DNA of 64,000 nt, taken from assembly GCA_963921275.4 (NCBI GenBank), contig OZ001293.3, positions 2,304,001 to 2,368,000 on the forward strand, in the 5' to 3' direction. The first letter of the stretch is position 1. Each line of letters starts with the position of its first letter. Positions 12,878 to 24,527 of the stretch are shown piece after piece. The notes below the pieces were generated by a model. The model was not told where the DNA came from. It saw only the letters and a list, made by a program, of their open reading frames with translations, and did no database searches. Origin of the DNA: an uncultured Hormoscilla sp. (GTDB lineage Bacteria; Cyanobacteriota; Cyanobacteriia; Cyanobacteriales; Desertifilaceae). The translations under genes and the position numbers were made by a program.

Positions 12878-13044
12878 ATCACCTACAGTTGCGGCGTCTG
12901 TCTTTCACCGGTGCTAACCAATTCCGATCTAATTTGCCAATTTTGCGTAGATATTATTTTTTTGACCGATATAAATAAAATATAGGAGATCGACTTGCGC
13001 TTGGACGATGCGAAAGTGTCATTGCGATTTTTCGCGCAGCGTGA

Positions 13045-13709
13045 GGGTGCGGTCACAAGTAGTTGATAGTCAAAAGACTCATAACCGGTTTGGTGCGACC
13101 TGCTGCAGGTGCTGAGCGACCAAAATTGATAAGGAAACCCGGTTTCACCGCCCCCACGCGAGGCTTCTCCGACGAGCGCAAATATGCTTTGTTTTTCAGC
13201 AAATATGCTTTGTTTTTCAGCAAATATGCTTTGTTTTTCAGCAAATATGCTTTGTTTTTCAGCAAATATGCTTTGTTTTTCAGCAAATATGCTTTGGCTA
13301 TTTTAAATATGATTTGCCGCCGAGCAAATATTATCTGCCGCCGAGCAAATACTATCTGGGCCTGCCGCGTAATGATGCGGAGTTTACCCGGGATCCCCTG
13401 ACTAGATACTAGACCTGGCGGACGCCAGTCAGATGACGACGGGTGTGGTCAAAACCAGTTGGGAAAAAAATACCACACTCACTTCTGGTGGGCGGTGCCT
13501 AGGCTGTTTATTCTGGGTCTTTTTAGGACCAGATCGATCACTACGGGATCCTGCGATGGCGCTCACGTTTATAATTCATATATAGCAAGCGATCCTGGGT
13601 CTCATCACCTTACACAAAAAGTGCATGAAGTTTTTTTCACCGGCCTATAACAAAGTAAACAGCCTAGGCGGTGCCCATTCTACGAATGCAACGACTTTTG
13701 ACCGCACCC
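13045..13709. mobile_element. Composite of two GGGTGYGGTC-ended miniature elements around a 21-bp tandem array
   Basis: GGGTGCGGTCACAAGTAGTTG at 13045; GGGTGTGGTCAAAACCAGTTG at 13441; CAACGACTTTTGACCGCACCC ending at 13709. Confidence 0.6.
13178..13357. repeat. 21-bp tandem array (GCAAATATGCTTTGTTTTTCA)n plus variant units
   Basis: Five perfect units plus a partial one, then GCCGCCGAGCAAATATTATCT-type variants. Confidence 0.95.
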
Positions 13710-14116
13710 ATTGCGAGGGGGGATCCCAAAGCCTTAACTGTAGTCAGCAGATTTCGTCCCCTGGCCTTCGCAGCAGCTCCATCGTGGGTAAGCAGTCGCG
13801 CTCTTCATCTCAAGGTGCTGTGGGCGGGGAGATTGCTAGCTGCTGCTTCGCCACGGCTACGCTTGCGCGAACGGGGAGGAGTATCTCATTGAGCGCAAAG
13901 ATCTCTCAATTGGACCCCCCCTCGCTCCGGACATATTAGCTGCATGAAAAGTTAATCGCTACGTATCCCCCCTCGCAATGACAAATAAAATCCTTAACCG
14001 AGAAGTATTGAGGCACCGCCCAGCACCAGGGTTTGAAATATAGGGTGGGCACCGCCCACCACCACAGTTTAAGATAGACAATGTTATAGAAACTAATTGT
14101 ATTTGAGGAGGCGATC

Positions 14117-14680
14117 GTGAATAAGTTACTCAGGAAGTTGTGGCAGAAAAGATGCGATCGAGGGATGACGCTAGTATAATTGCTAGTAGTCATCGTCATC
14201 ATCGGGATTTTATCAAAAATTGCCTTGCCAACTTTTCTAAGCATAGTGGGAAAAGCTAAAAAAGTTGAAGCGAGAATCAACATGGGTAATTTAAGCAAGT
14301 CCCAGAAAATATACTACAATGAGAAAGGAGAGTTTACCAAAGATATTTTTAAATTAAACTTTGCCCCTGACCCAGAATATAGTGAATATGAGAGTATAGT
14401 GAGTTTAGTGACTGCTGTTGTTTCCTCTATAGATGGGGTGGTAATCTATTCAAAAGAAGTAGATAATTACGTTTATTTTATCATAGCGATAGATGATGAT
14501 GACGATCCAATGGCAATTCACGTAGCTGTGTCTAAGATTTTATTTGCGAGAACTTATGCAGGAGTAGTGTATCTGAAAGAAGGTGATATCCAGAGCTGTA
14601 TACCAGAACCGATAGACATAAGCTTGCAGGATCTTGGCATATATGGCAGTATTAAGCAATGTAATATCAAATCCGGGTGA
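14117..14680 (+). pseudogene. Type IV pilin-like protein with a nonsense codon in the N-terminal methylation motif
   Basis: GTG start after GAGGAGG; G-MTLV*LLVVIVIIGIL..IALP with TAA at the conserved Glu5 position (14177-14179). Confidence 0.8.
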
Positions 14681-14786
14681 GTATTGTCCTGGGATTTTAA
14701 AATAAATTTTTCGATCGCATCTCTCCAAACTGCTCCAGATGTAGGATAATAGGATAGTGGTCAAGATGTAGTGATTTTACTATTGT

Positions 14787-15152
14787 CTGAGTTTTATAAG
14801 GCTGTATCTCGATGAAGATGCAATGGATGGCGACTTGGCACGAGCATTACGCCTAAGGGGCGCAGATGTTACTACCGCGAATCTAGAAGGAATGGCCAAT
14901 TGTGCCGATGACGAGCATCTCGAATATGCAACTGCACAAGGGCGAGTCTTGTACTCGTTTAACGTTAGCGATTACCTGCGCCTTCATGGCGAATACATGA
15001 GGGAGGGAAAAAATCACGCAGGCATAATTCTGGGACAGCAGCAACAAGACAGCCTGGACGAACAAATGCGTCGTCTGTTGAGAATTATAGCGGTAAAGTC
15101 TGCTGAAGAAATGCAAAACCATTTCAAGTTTTTGAGTGCATGGGATGAATAG
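14787..15152 (+). CDS. DUF5615-type PIN-like protein (start codon possibly mutated)
   Basis: IRLYLDED, DDEHLEYA, GRVLYSFNVSDY, HAGIIL. Confidence 0.7.
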   Translation: MSFIRLYLDEDAMDGDLARALRLRGADVTTANLEGMANCADDEHLEYATAQGRVLYSFNVSDYLRLHGEYMREGKNHAGIILGQQQQDSLDEQMRRLLRIIAVKSAEEMQNHFKFLSAWDE

Positions 15153-15260
15153 CTGCTGACGCCAGTTACTCTCGTTCCCAGGCATTGCCTGGGAACTTGA
15201 CGGCGGGGTAACTTCCTGAGATTATGTCCATCCGCGTAAGGTTTGGTGTACCTTGGCTAA

Positions 15261-15846
15261 TTACCACATGTAATCATAGATCGCGTATTCGGTAACTGCC
15301 TTCAGGATATAATGGCGCGATCGCTCCTCATCTCCTGCCGCTTCCCAATACAATCCTACATAAAGATGACTGTAAAAATTGCCAGTTTTGCCTGACGATT
15401 CCCCAGCAGCGAGAACATCATCGATGGTACAATCTCCTGCATACAGATCGTAGACGCGCCGCATCAACCTGGGGTCGTCGCGCACGCTACGCTACTAGCA
15501 GAGAATTCTGCGCTGCCGTCACTCCCTGCGATCGCGCTATACAGAGATAGCGCCAAACTGTTTCTTCCACATCTTGTGAGTTGAGGTTTAAGTCAACTTC
15601 AAACTGCTTGGCACCTTCAGCATATCTCTCGGCATAATAATAGGATAAGCCCCTTTGCCACAAGTATGGCGTGATGCTAGCATCGAGTGCTTCTGCCCGA
15701 TCGAAGTCTTGAATGGATGGAGCAATAATAGCTAGCAAAAAGTTTACCATGCCGCGCTGAATGTATGCCCTGAGGTCTTCCGGGCGTGAGGCGATCGCAT
15801 CGTTCCACCTCAATAGTTCATTTTCCAGAGATATTTGACTATTCAT
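15261..15846 (-). pseudogene. TPR-repeat protein, frameshifted
   Basis: Consecutive ORFs 15487..15846 and 15261..15485 (YLWQRGLSYYY, DVEETVW, FYSHLYVGLYWEA). Confidence 0.75.
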
Positions 15847-16049
15847 GATAATTTTTAGTCAGGTAATCATTCGACTGACAACCGACCACTGACAACTAAC
15901 CACTGACAACTAACCACTAACAACCTCATTTAAGTATAGTTATATTAAGGTATGTTTCATTTCCGTTACATTAAGAGAGTATCGGCAGCAACAAGTGTAA
16001 AGTAAGTGATACCATTCATTCGGTATTATCAGAAATAGGGAGAAAACCT

Positions 16050-17285
16050 TTGACATTAAGGGTTGCTGTAGTAGGATCGGGACCGGCAGGCTCCTCAGCC
16101 GCCGAAACTCTAGCGAAAGCGGGAATTGAAACTTACCTGTTCGAGCGCAAGCTGGATAATGCGAAGCCCTGTGGCGGTGCCATTCCTCTCTGTATGGTCA
16201 GCGAGTTCGACCTGCCACCAGAAATTGTCGATCGGCAGGTGCGAAACATGAAGATGATCTCGCCCTCCAACATCGAAGTGGATATTAATCTGGAAAAACC
16301 AGGGGAATATATTGGCATGTGCCGCCGGGAAGTGCTGGATGGCTTTATGCGCGATCGGGCGGCGAAGCTAGGTGCCAACCTGATTAACGGTACGGTGCAT
16401 AAACTGGAGATTCCCACCGTTCCGGAAAAATCGGGCAATACGGCCCCCTATACCCTGCATTACGCGGACCACTCCAATGGCAATAAGGTGGGTACGCAGA
16501 AAACTCTGCAAGTAGACATGGTAATTGGGGCAGATGGGGCTAACTCCCGCGTCGCGAAGGCTATTAAAGCTGGAGACTATAATTACGCGATCGCCTTCCA
16601 AGAGCGCATTCGCCTGCCAGAGGACAAGATGGAGTATTATCAAAACCTGGCAGAAATGTACGTAGGCAACGACGTGTCCCCGGACTTCTACGCCTGGGTG
16701 TTCCCCAAATACGACCATGTGGCCGTGGGCACTGGCACCATGCGGGTCAATCAAGCCAAGATCAAACAGCTACAAGCGGGTATCCGGGCCCGTGCGGCCA
16801 AACGGTTGGAAGGGGGCGAAATCATCAAAATAGAAGCGCACCCCATTCCCGAACATCCCCGTCCCCGTCGGGTAGTGGGTCGGGTGGCCCTGGTGGGAGA
16901 CTCCGCCGGCACCGTCACCAAGTCATCTGGAGAAGGGATTTACTTTGCGGCCAAGTCAGCGCGGATGTGTGCCGAAACCATTGTGGAATATTCCCATAAT
17001 GGGAGTCGCATTCCCACAGAAGAAGACCTGAAGGTATATCTGAAGCGCTGGGATAAAAAGTACGGCATTACCTACAAAGTGCTGGACATCCTGCAAACGG
17101 TATTTTATCGTTCCGATGCGACACGGGAAGCCTTTGTAGAAATGTGCGCCGACAAAGACGTGCAGCGCCTGACCTTTGATAGCTATTTGTATAAAACAGT
17201 CGTACCGGCAAATCCGTTCGTGCAGATGAAGATTACGGCCAAAACTATTGGCAGTCTGTTGCGGGGCAATGCCCTAGCTCCGTAA
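16050..17285 (+). CDS. chlP: Geranylgeranyl reductase
   Basis: VAVVGSGPAG, AKPCGGAIPLCM, GADGANS, SGEGIYFAAKS. Confidence 0.97.
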   Translation: MTLRVAVVGSGPAGSSAAETLAKAGIETYLFERKLDNAKPCGGAIPLCMVSEFDLPPEIVDRQVRNMKMISPSNIEVDINLEKPGEYIGMCRREVLDGFMRDRAAKLGANLINGTVHKLEIPTVPEKSGNTAPYTLHYADHSNGNKVGTQKTLQVDMVIGADGANSRVAKAIKAGDYNYAIAFQERIRLPEDKMEYYQNLAEMYVGNDVSPDFYAWVFPKYDHVAVGTGTMRVNQAKIKQLQAGIRARAAKRLEGGEIIKIEAHPIPEHPRPRRVVGRVALVGDSAGTVTKSSGEGIYFAAKSARMCAETIVEYSHNGSRIPTEEDLKVYLKRWDKKYGITYKVLDILQTVFYRSDATREAFVEMCADKDVQRLTFDSYLYKTVVPANPFVQMKITAKTIGSLLRGNALAP

Positions 17286-17398
17286 TAAAGTAGGTGGGCA
17301 CCGCCCACCCCGTGCTATAATTTTTGTATGCTAAGTCGTGGGCACTGCCCACCGAACCCGTGCTATAATTTTCTCATACCAAGTACAACAAAGTCGCG

Positions 17399-17900
17399 AT
17401 GGTATCCCAAAATCCATTCACTGTTGGTCAACCGGTGCCCCCAGAACGTTTTGTGGGGCGATCGCGCCTGCTAGCCACAGCCTTCCATCAAATCTTTCAA
17501 CCGGGTCACGGTAACCTGGCGATTTGGGGCGGTTCGGGGATCGGCAAGACTTCTTTTCTAGAAAAACTGACTGCACCTGAAACTTGGCAGGATCGAGGGC
17601 ACGATAGATCGACAGCAGTAATTGTTAAGATCGATTGCCTGAAGTATATATCCCTTTACTGGGTCTGGCTTCTGGCGAAAAATATTGAGATCGATGAAAA
17701 ACGAGCTGGAGGGCGAACGGAAATTGCAGGGGGAGATCGATGTCTTATTGCAAAAAGCGCACAACTCGAACGACGACCTGGCAGAGATATTACATCAACT
17801 GGGAGAGCAAGAGAGATTCTTAGTGCTGCTAGTTGATGATTACGATGCAGCATTGCGGATCGACGAACAATACAGTAAAATCAAATTAAATTTACCGTAA
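17399..17900 (+). pseudogene. P-loop (STAND/AAA-like) ATPase N-terminal fragment
   Basis: NPFTVGQPV..FVGR, Walker A GGSGIGKT; Walker B LVLLVDDYD is in another frame; truncated by a duplicated block at about 17886. Confidence 0.75.
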
Positions 17901-18268
17901 AAATACGGTAAAATACATCCGTAGCAGTGGGAAGTAAAATGTATTTTATCAGAGAAAAATACCAGACTGCGGGGCTGGTTAATTGAAAGAATTGGCTATA
18001 GTAGGATTTATCAAGAATTTCCAGCAACTGAAGTGGAAACTTGGGAGGAATATACTCTGTTAAGAATCAAGTATAATGCTGCTAGCGAGCCAATTTGTTT
18101 ATTAAAATTTACCTGGAAGAGTATAGCAGGATTGATTTATGCCGTGGGAGTACCACCTGATGTAGGATCAGCAAGAGAGGCGATCGGTTTGGTAAATTGG
18201 AGAGTCGAACCCACAGATAGTGCCAAGGTGAATGGGAACTATTGATTGGTGAATGGCGACTATTGATC
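17886..18268. repeat. About 385-bp inverted duplicate of 20517..20910
   Basis: The METWEEYTLL... frame occurs on + at 18033 and on - at 20763 and 21567. Confidence 0.9.
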
Positions 18269-18282
18269 CAGAGTTCCTAGTT

Positions 18283-18598
18283 ATTAAACTAAGCCAGGGA
18301 GTCACCCCTCCGACTCGTCTTCAAAACCGGACGTGAGATTTCACCTCATCCGGCTCCTCAGTCATGCCACCCTTGTCATGGGTACCGATTGATGCCATCG
18401 CTACCGTGGGGTAAGTGCTGTCACTCCTGCACCTAGAGGGGTGGGCTTTCACCACCATCATCTAAAAGTTGTCAGGGCTAATGATACCCTGCTAGTGGTC
18501 CCCTTCCTTGACCTGTGTCAAGTTAGTTTACACTAAACGAATCGCACTCCTAGGCTAGCGTTCCGTGTTTGACCAAGTTAGGCTAGAACGAATCGCAC
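18283..18598 (-). mobile_element. Deleted group II twintron relic
   Basis: Two nested GTGCGATTCGTT starts (18598 and 18547), then partial DI joined to DV GAGCCGGATGAGGTGAAATCTCACGTCCGGTTT and DVI ending TTAGTTTAAT. Confidence 0.85.
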
Positions 18599-18663
18599 TT
18601 AACTCAACTCGAGCAAAAGCACAAGTCGATCCCTTCCCAAGTATACCATCTTGACCAAGATAT

Positions 18664-18741
18664 TATTTATAAGCTATTTATAAGCTATTTATAAGCTATT
18701 TATATAAGCTATTTATAAGCTATTTATAAGCTATTTATAAG
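18664..18741. repeat. 11-bp tandem repeat (TATTTATAAGC)n
   Basis: About 7 units read directly. Confidence 0.9.
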
Positions 18742-18959
18742 TGAGGAGAGCAACAATGAGAATGAAGATAAAGAGGACTGGAACGTCGATTTAGTAGAAC
18801 AGCATAGGAGAGCTGAGCAGGGATCCAGAGGTCCGGCCTCACTATCCCAGAGGTGCCGGACGAGAATATGTCGATTGTGTATCCTACCCTACCTCAATTT
18901 ACTAGCTCAGTTTCGCCAATATGCCTATCTAAGAAACGCTATAAAAGGAGAAAAAGACA

Positions 18960-20094
18960 ATGGTCAAAATTTTGACTGGGACTCACGGAACAATTGTGAT
19001 TGGTGGTGACAATCTCTTCGATCTAATCCGTGATGCAGGCCTTATCATCGATCACGGAGGAGATGACACCTTCAAAATCTCTGGTCCCACCGATGTGGCT
19101 CGGTTTAAGGTCTTAAATGGTGGGAGAGGCAATGACACCGTCAACTATGCATTCTATCAAAGCAGGATTCAGGCTAATCTTATGACAGGAATTGTTCACT
19201 TCCTCGATGATGACCCTTCCCAAACTCAAACAGTTGTGGATATTGAGAAATATAGTTGGGGGTGACAGAGATGATCATTTGACCGGAAACAGGTTCGATA
19301 ACGTTCTTGATGGTCGAAGGGGACATGACAGCATCTACGGTGGATGGGGAAATGATAGCATCTACGGTGGATGGGGAAATGATGCCATCTATGGCGGAAA
19401 GGGCAATGACTACGTGGATGGTGGATATGGATATGACTTATTAGATGGTGGCGAAGGCGATGACACCGCCAGCTATGCGTTCTATGGAGGTAGTACTAAT
19501 GCCAATCTTGAAACCGGAATTGTTTACTTCCCTGGTAACTACTACCGCGGTAGAACTGAAACAATTGTGAATATTGAGAATATAGTTGGGGGTAGCGGAA
19601 ATGATTCTTTCACCGGAAACGATCTCAATAACGTTCTTGATGGTGGAAGGGGACGTGACACCATGTATGGTGGTTTAGGTAGCGACAGTCTTCATGGTGG
19701 TGAGCATCATGACATCTTGATTGGTACCAATGCTCAAGGAACAAGTCTTAACCAGACGGATACCTTGACTGGTGGTGGTGGTAGAGATACATTTGCTTTG
19801 GCAGTATCGACCGGTCAAGAAGATATCTTACTTTACGATGAGGGGAACGATAAGGCCATCATTACCGACTTTACTATTGGCGAAGACATCGTGCGTCTGG
19901 CAGGAGATGCTAGTCAATATAGTTTCGACACCGCTAAGGTCGAATCTGTATACTTTGTAACTCTTGTATTCCATTCAACTTCCAATTCCGTCAATTCCGT
20001 CCCTGAAGAAATTGCGACGTTCGTCTTTGATGCTGCCAATGAAAATAATCGCAATTTAAATCTGAGTGATTCTACTCAATTCCGGTTTATTTAG
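18960..20094 (+). pseudogene. RTX/hemolysin-type Ca-binding repeat protein, frameshifted near 19250
   Basis: GGxGxDxxx nonapeptides in overlapping ORFs 18960..19265 and 19192..20094; ITDF motif. Confidence 0.85.
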
Positions 20095-20652
20095 GGCTGG
20101 CTGGATAAAGTTAAAAGTCAAGTCAGACAAGGGTTTACAGCTTTTTATCGCCTCCAAAAGTGCAAGGAAATAGCGCGATCGCGTCCCAAAATCCTTGCAC
20201 CTTCGGGGGAAATTACGGGGCCATCGCTCTCGGCGGTAAAGCTACCATTTTCAAGCCTATTGGCCCTCTTATCTGGCTCGATCCGGCTTATTCAGCAAGC
20301 CCTATTTAGAATTTAAGGACTCTGGTGGGAAAGGGTGGGAAGTCACCTCCGAGTTGCAACTTTCCAGACAAGGGATGTCTAGCATGTAATGTAGGGGAAT
20401 GACATATCCCAAACGAACCAGGATAACGTATGCCGATCGCCCTGACGGCGATCGGGAATAGATTCCTTTTCATCTTGCTTTTCATTTCCAGTTTCTGCTC
20501 AAATCATCAAGTCCTAATCAATAGTCGCCATTCACCAATCAATAGTTCCCATTCACCTTGGCACTATCTGTGGGTTCGACTCTCCAATTTACCAAACAGA
20601 TCGCCTCTCTTGCTGATTCTACATCAGATGGTACTCCAGGTGGTACTCCCAC

Positions 20653-22260
20653 AGCATAAATCAATCCTGCTATACTCTTCCAGGTAAATTTTAATAAACA
20701 AATTGGCTCGCTAGCAGCATTATACTTGATTCTTAACAGAGTATATTCCTCCCAAGTTTCCACTTCAGTTGCTGGGAATTCTTGATAAATCCTACTATAG
20801 CCAATTCTTTCAATTAACTAGCCCCGCAGTCTGGTATTTTTCTCTGATAAAATACATTTTACTTCCCACTGCTGCGGATGTATTTTACCGTATTTTTACG
20901 GTAGATTTAAGCCGTGATGAGAATAAACGCTGAAGCCGTCTGTAAACTGAATGGCGGGTTTTCCTTCTGCGTGCAGGCGTTGTTCCTTGTCGAAGCAGAG
21001 GAACATGGGGCGATCACAAACGATACAGGTTTTTTCAAAAGGAAAAATCCAGCCAGTATTTTTCATCAGTTGCTGGTAGATATTCCAGATTTTTATGTCA
21101 TGGTTACAATCTAACACTGAAATACAATAATCTATAAAACTGCTACGCCAAACCAACTCTGATCTTCCTAATTTTGTTGGACTTACAGACATGAAAATAT
21201 TCCTCAACGCTGCGCTATGAAAATATTCTTCAAAATCTGACTTGTAAAAATATTATTCCCAAATTTCCTCATCAAACATATCTATAATTTGCTCCGCTAC
21301 TCTACCATATTCCAACCGCCAATAGAAAAGAGAAGATAGTTTCTTAAATATCGTCTCTATCTTACCAGCTATTTTTATTAAAGGTCTACTGGTCATCTCT
21401 ACATTTAATTGTCTAACTATTTCTTTATACTCTAGCAGAGGCATTGAGTGTTTGACAGCATAAATCAATCCTGCTATACTCTTCCAGGTAAATTTTAATA
21501 AACAAATTGGCTCGCTAGCAGCATTATACTTGATTCTTAACAGAGTATATTCCTCCCAAGTTTCCACTTCAGTTGCTGGGAATTCTTGATAAATCCTACT
21601 ATAGCCAATTCTTTCAATTAACTAGCCCCGCAGTCTGGTATTTTTCTCTGATAAAATACATTTTACTTCCCACTGCTGCGGATGTATTTTACCGTATTTT
21701 TACGGTAGATTTAAGCCGTGATGAGAATAAACGCTGAAGCCGTCTGTAAACTGAATGGCGGGTTTTCCTTCTGCGTGCAGGCGTTGTTCCTTGTCGAAGC
21801 AGAGGAACATGGGGCGATCGCAAACGATACAGGTTTTTTCAAAAGGAAAAATCCAGCCAGTATTTTTCATCAGTTGCTGGTAGATATTCCAGATTTTTAT
21901 GTCATGGTTACAATCTAACACTGAAATACAATAATCTATAAAACTGCTACGCCAAACCAACTCTGATCTTCCTAATTTTGTTGGACTTACAGACATGAAA
22001 ATATTCCTCAACGCTGCGCTATGAAAATATTCTTCAAAATCTGACTTGTAAAAATATTATTTCCAAATTTCCTCATCAAACATATCTATAATTTGCTCCG
22101 CTACTCTACCATATTCCAACCGCCAATAGAAAAGAGAAGATAGTTTCTTAAATATCGTCTCTATCTTACCAGCTATTTTTATTAAAGGTCTACTGGTCAT
22201 CTCTACATTTAATTGTCTAACTATTTCTTTATACTCTAGCAGAGGCATTGAGTGTTTGAC
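20653..22260. repeat. 804-bp direct tandem duplication
   Basis: Identical ORFs at 20896 and 21700 (offset 804). Confidence 0.92.
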
Positions 22261-22464
22261 AATATATTTCCAAATCTAAGCTGGACTCTTTACAAAAATT
22301 ATTGTCGGTTCTTTTCTACCAATTATTTTATAGGTAGCTTTCACCGCTTTTCTGGCTTTTCGGTAGTCAAGCGGTTCAGTTGATGTCGCAATTTTCAGCC
22401 ACTTTTCCCGGTAAACTGGAATCAGTGCCTCTTGTTCAGGTGTCAGTTGCTCGATCTTCATCAC
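20896..22464 (-). pseudogene. DUF6745-type protein, fragmented and partly duplicated
   Basis: IEQLTPEQEALIPVYREKW N-terminus; GWIFPFEKTCIVCDRP...RLHAEGKPAIQFTDG C-terminal motif. Confidence 0.8.
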
Positions 22465-22631
22465 AGTGTTCGGGAATTAAATATTAAAGTGACCAGTGAC
22501 CACGTACAATGCCTCCTGACCAGGCTAGTGTTTCTGGTGATAAACATCTATATCGAGTAAGATATATCATAAGGCGCTACGCGCACTTCTCCGTGCAACG
22601 CCGAAATGTTTTCGTGCTTCATGAAACTCGC

Positions 22632-24354
22632 TCATCTCTGAGAAGAAGTTACTTCCTGGGGTGCTGTTAATTTTTTCAGTTGGGGACCGATGAGGATATA
22701 GGTGAGCATTTCTCCCTTTCCTTTTACTTCGATCGCCCCTCGGGGCTTAAATCGAAAATTTTCCTTTAGGTGTTGGTAGGTGGCTTCAGAAACCTGAATG
22801 TAACCGGCAATCCCGTGGGATTCCATGCGACTAGCGATATTTACAGTGTCCCCCCACAGGTCGTAGATAAACTTTTTCACCCCAATTACTCCGGCCACCA
22901 CTGGGCCCGTGTTGATGCCGATGCGGATCTTTAAAAGATGGGTGCTATGACTATTGTACTGCGCTTGCTCTGCATTAAATTGGGCAATCAATTTTTGCAT
23001 GTCCAGGGCCATGCGGGCGATCGCCTCAGGGTGGGAGGACCGTGGCACTGGCAGTCCTCCCACTACCATATAAGCATCTCCAATGGTTTTAATTTTCTCC
23101 AACCCATGGGTCTCAGTGAGCTCGTCAAATTCTGAGAATATCCGGTTGATCAACTTGACCAGTTCTGTGGGAGTAACCCGGGATGAGAGCTTGGTAAAGC
23201 CAACAATATCAGCAAATAGTACAGTCGCTTCAGCAAAATCATCGGCAATAGTCTGCTCTTTTTGCTTGAGCCGCTCCGTGATTTGGTAAGCTATTTAATA
23301 GCAACCGATCTGACTTTTTCTGTTCTACTTCCAATTGCTTTAAGGCCGATCGCAAAATAATCCCAATGATCACAGCTAGCGCCATGGCCACTAGCATCGC
23401 CCCCAGGAGCACTTTTCTGGCTAACTCGCTGGTAAGTGCGATTCTCTGTTGCGCCCGGAGAATTTCCTCGTTCGTCAGGTCGAGCAATTTGTTAGAAACC
23501 GTTTCTGCTCGTTCGTCTGAGCTAGTGATTCTGCTGCGGATCTTGGCATCCAGTTTGCTAATCTGTTGGGCCACTCCCTGATGAGCTTCTAAATAGGCTA
23601 GCATTGATTTTTGTCGTTCAATGTCTAGGTTTTCCCTAGAGATAATCCCAGAGCGCAATTGGACAATTATCTCAAACAGTTTCTCTTTTTCAGACTGCTG
23701 GCGTGTCAGCAGATATTCTTCTTCCGCAAATTGTAGCTGCTCGTACAGGTTGAGCAACATTCTATCGTTCACCAGTTGCAGCTTAAGGTACAGCAATGAG
23801 GAATTTTGCTGTAGCCTGTTCATCAGGCCGATATCCTCCATGCTTAAATCACCCACTAGCCGCACCGCATCATTGAAGCTGCCAGAATACTGCTTGACCA
23901 GTTCTACATAACTAACCACCTCTGGGTTGCTACGGCGCAAGGCATCGCTCACATTCGCACCTGCTAGTAATTTTTGTAAGCCAGCACTAATGTCGATCGC
24001 TTTGTTAATTTGTTCTTGATGGGTTCTCAGATAAGATTGAGTTTTATTCCCTAAATTATTCGTTTACCAGCGCAGAAAAAAGTCTCTTTCTATCTGGCGG
24101 GCTTTTTGTAAAGCTTTATCCATGGCAATCACCTGGCGTTGTATTTGCACGCTGGTGACGATCGCAGCATCTGTTTCAGTACGTACAGTTTTTAATGCTA
24201 GCAAGCCTGTCATTGATACCAGTACGATTAGTAGCAGTAATGCCACAAACGCCGGTGTAAACTTGTCCGTAGTACTCAGATGCACCCAAGCTATAGCGAC
24301 TTTGTGCCACAACGCCTTTATTAATATCCAGGCACGATGTCGCCACCTCTTCAT
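22632..24354 (-). pseudogene. Membrane-bound class III adenylate/guanylate cyclase, fragmented
   Basis: LFADIVGFT, KIKTIGDAYM, RIGINTGPV and YDLWGDTVNIASRMES; TM segments lie in upstream fragments separated by a stop and a frameshift. Confidence 0.85.
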
Positions 24355-24527
24355 ACCTATATCACTTTTGGGAAGTAAAAATTTAAACGCTATACCATTT
24401 ACTTTCAGCTTGCCCCACTGCTGGGTGGGGGGTTGGGGGTGGGGGTTGGTTGCTATCTACCATGAACGAGGGACTCCCAGGTCATCGATTGCAGGCTCAA
24501 GTCAAATGTCTACGCCAAATATAACAA

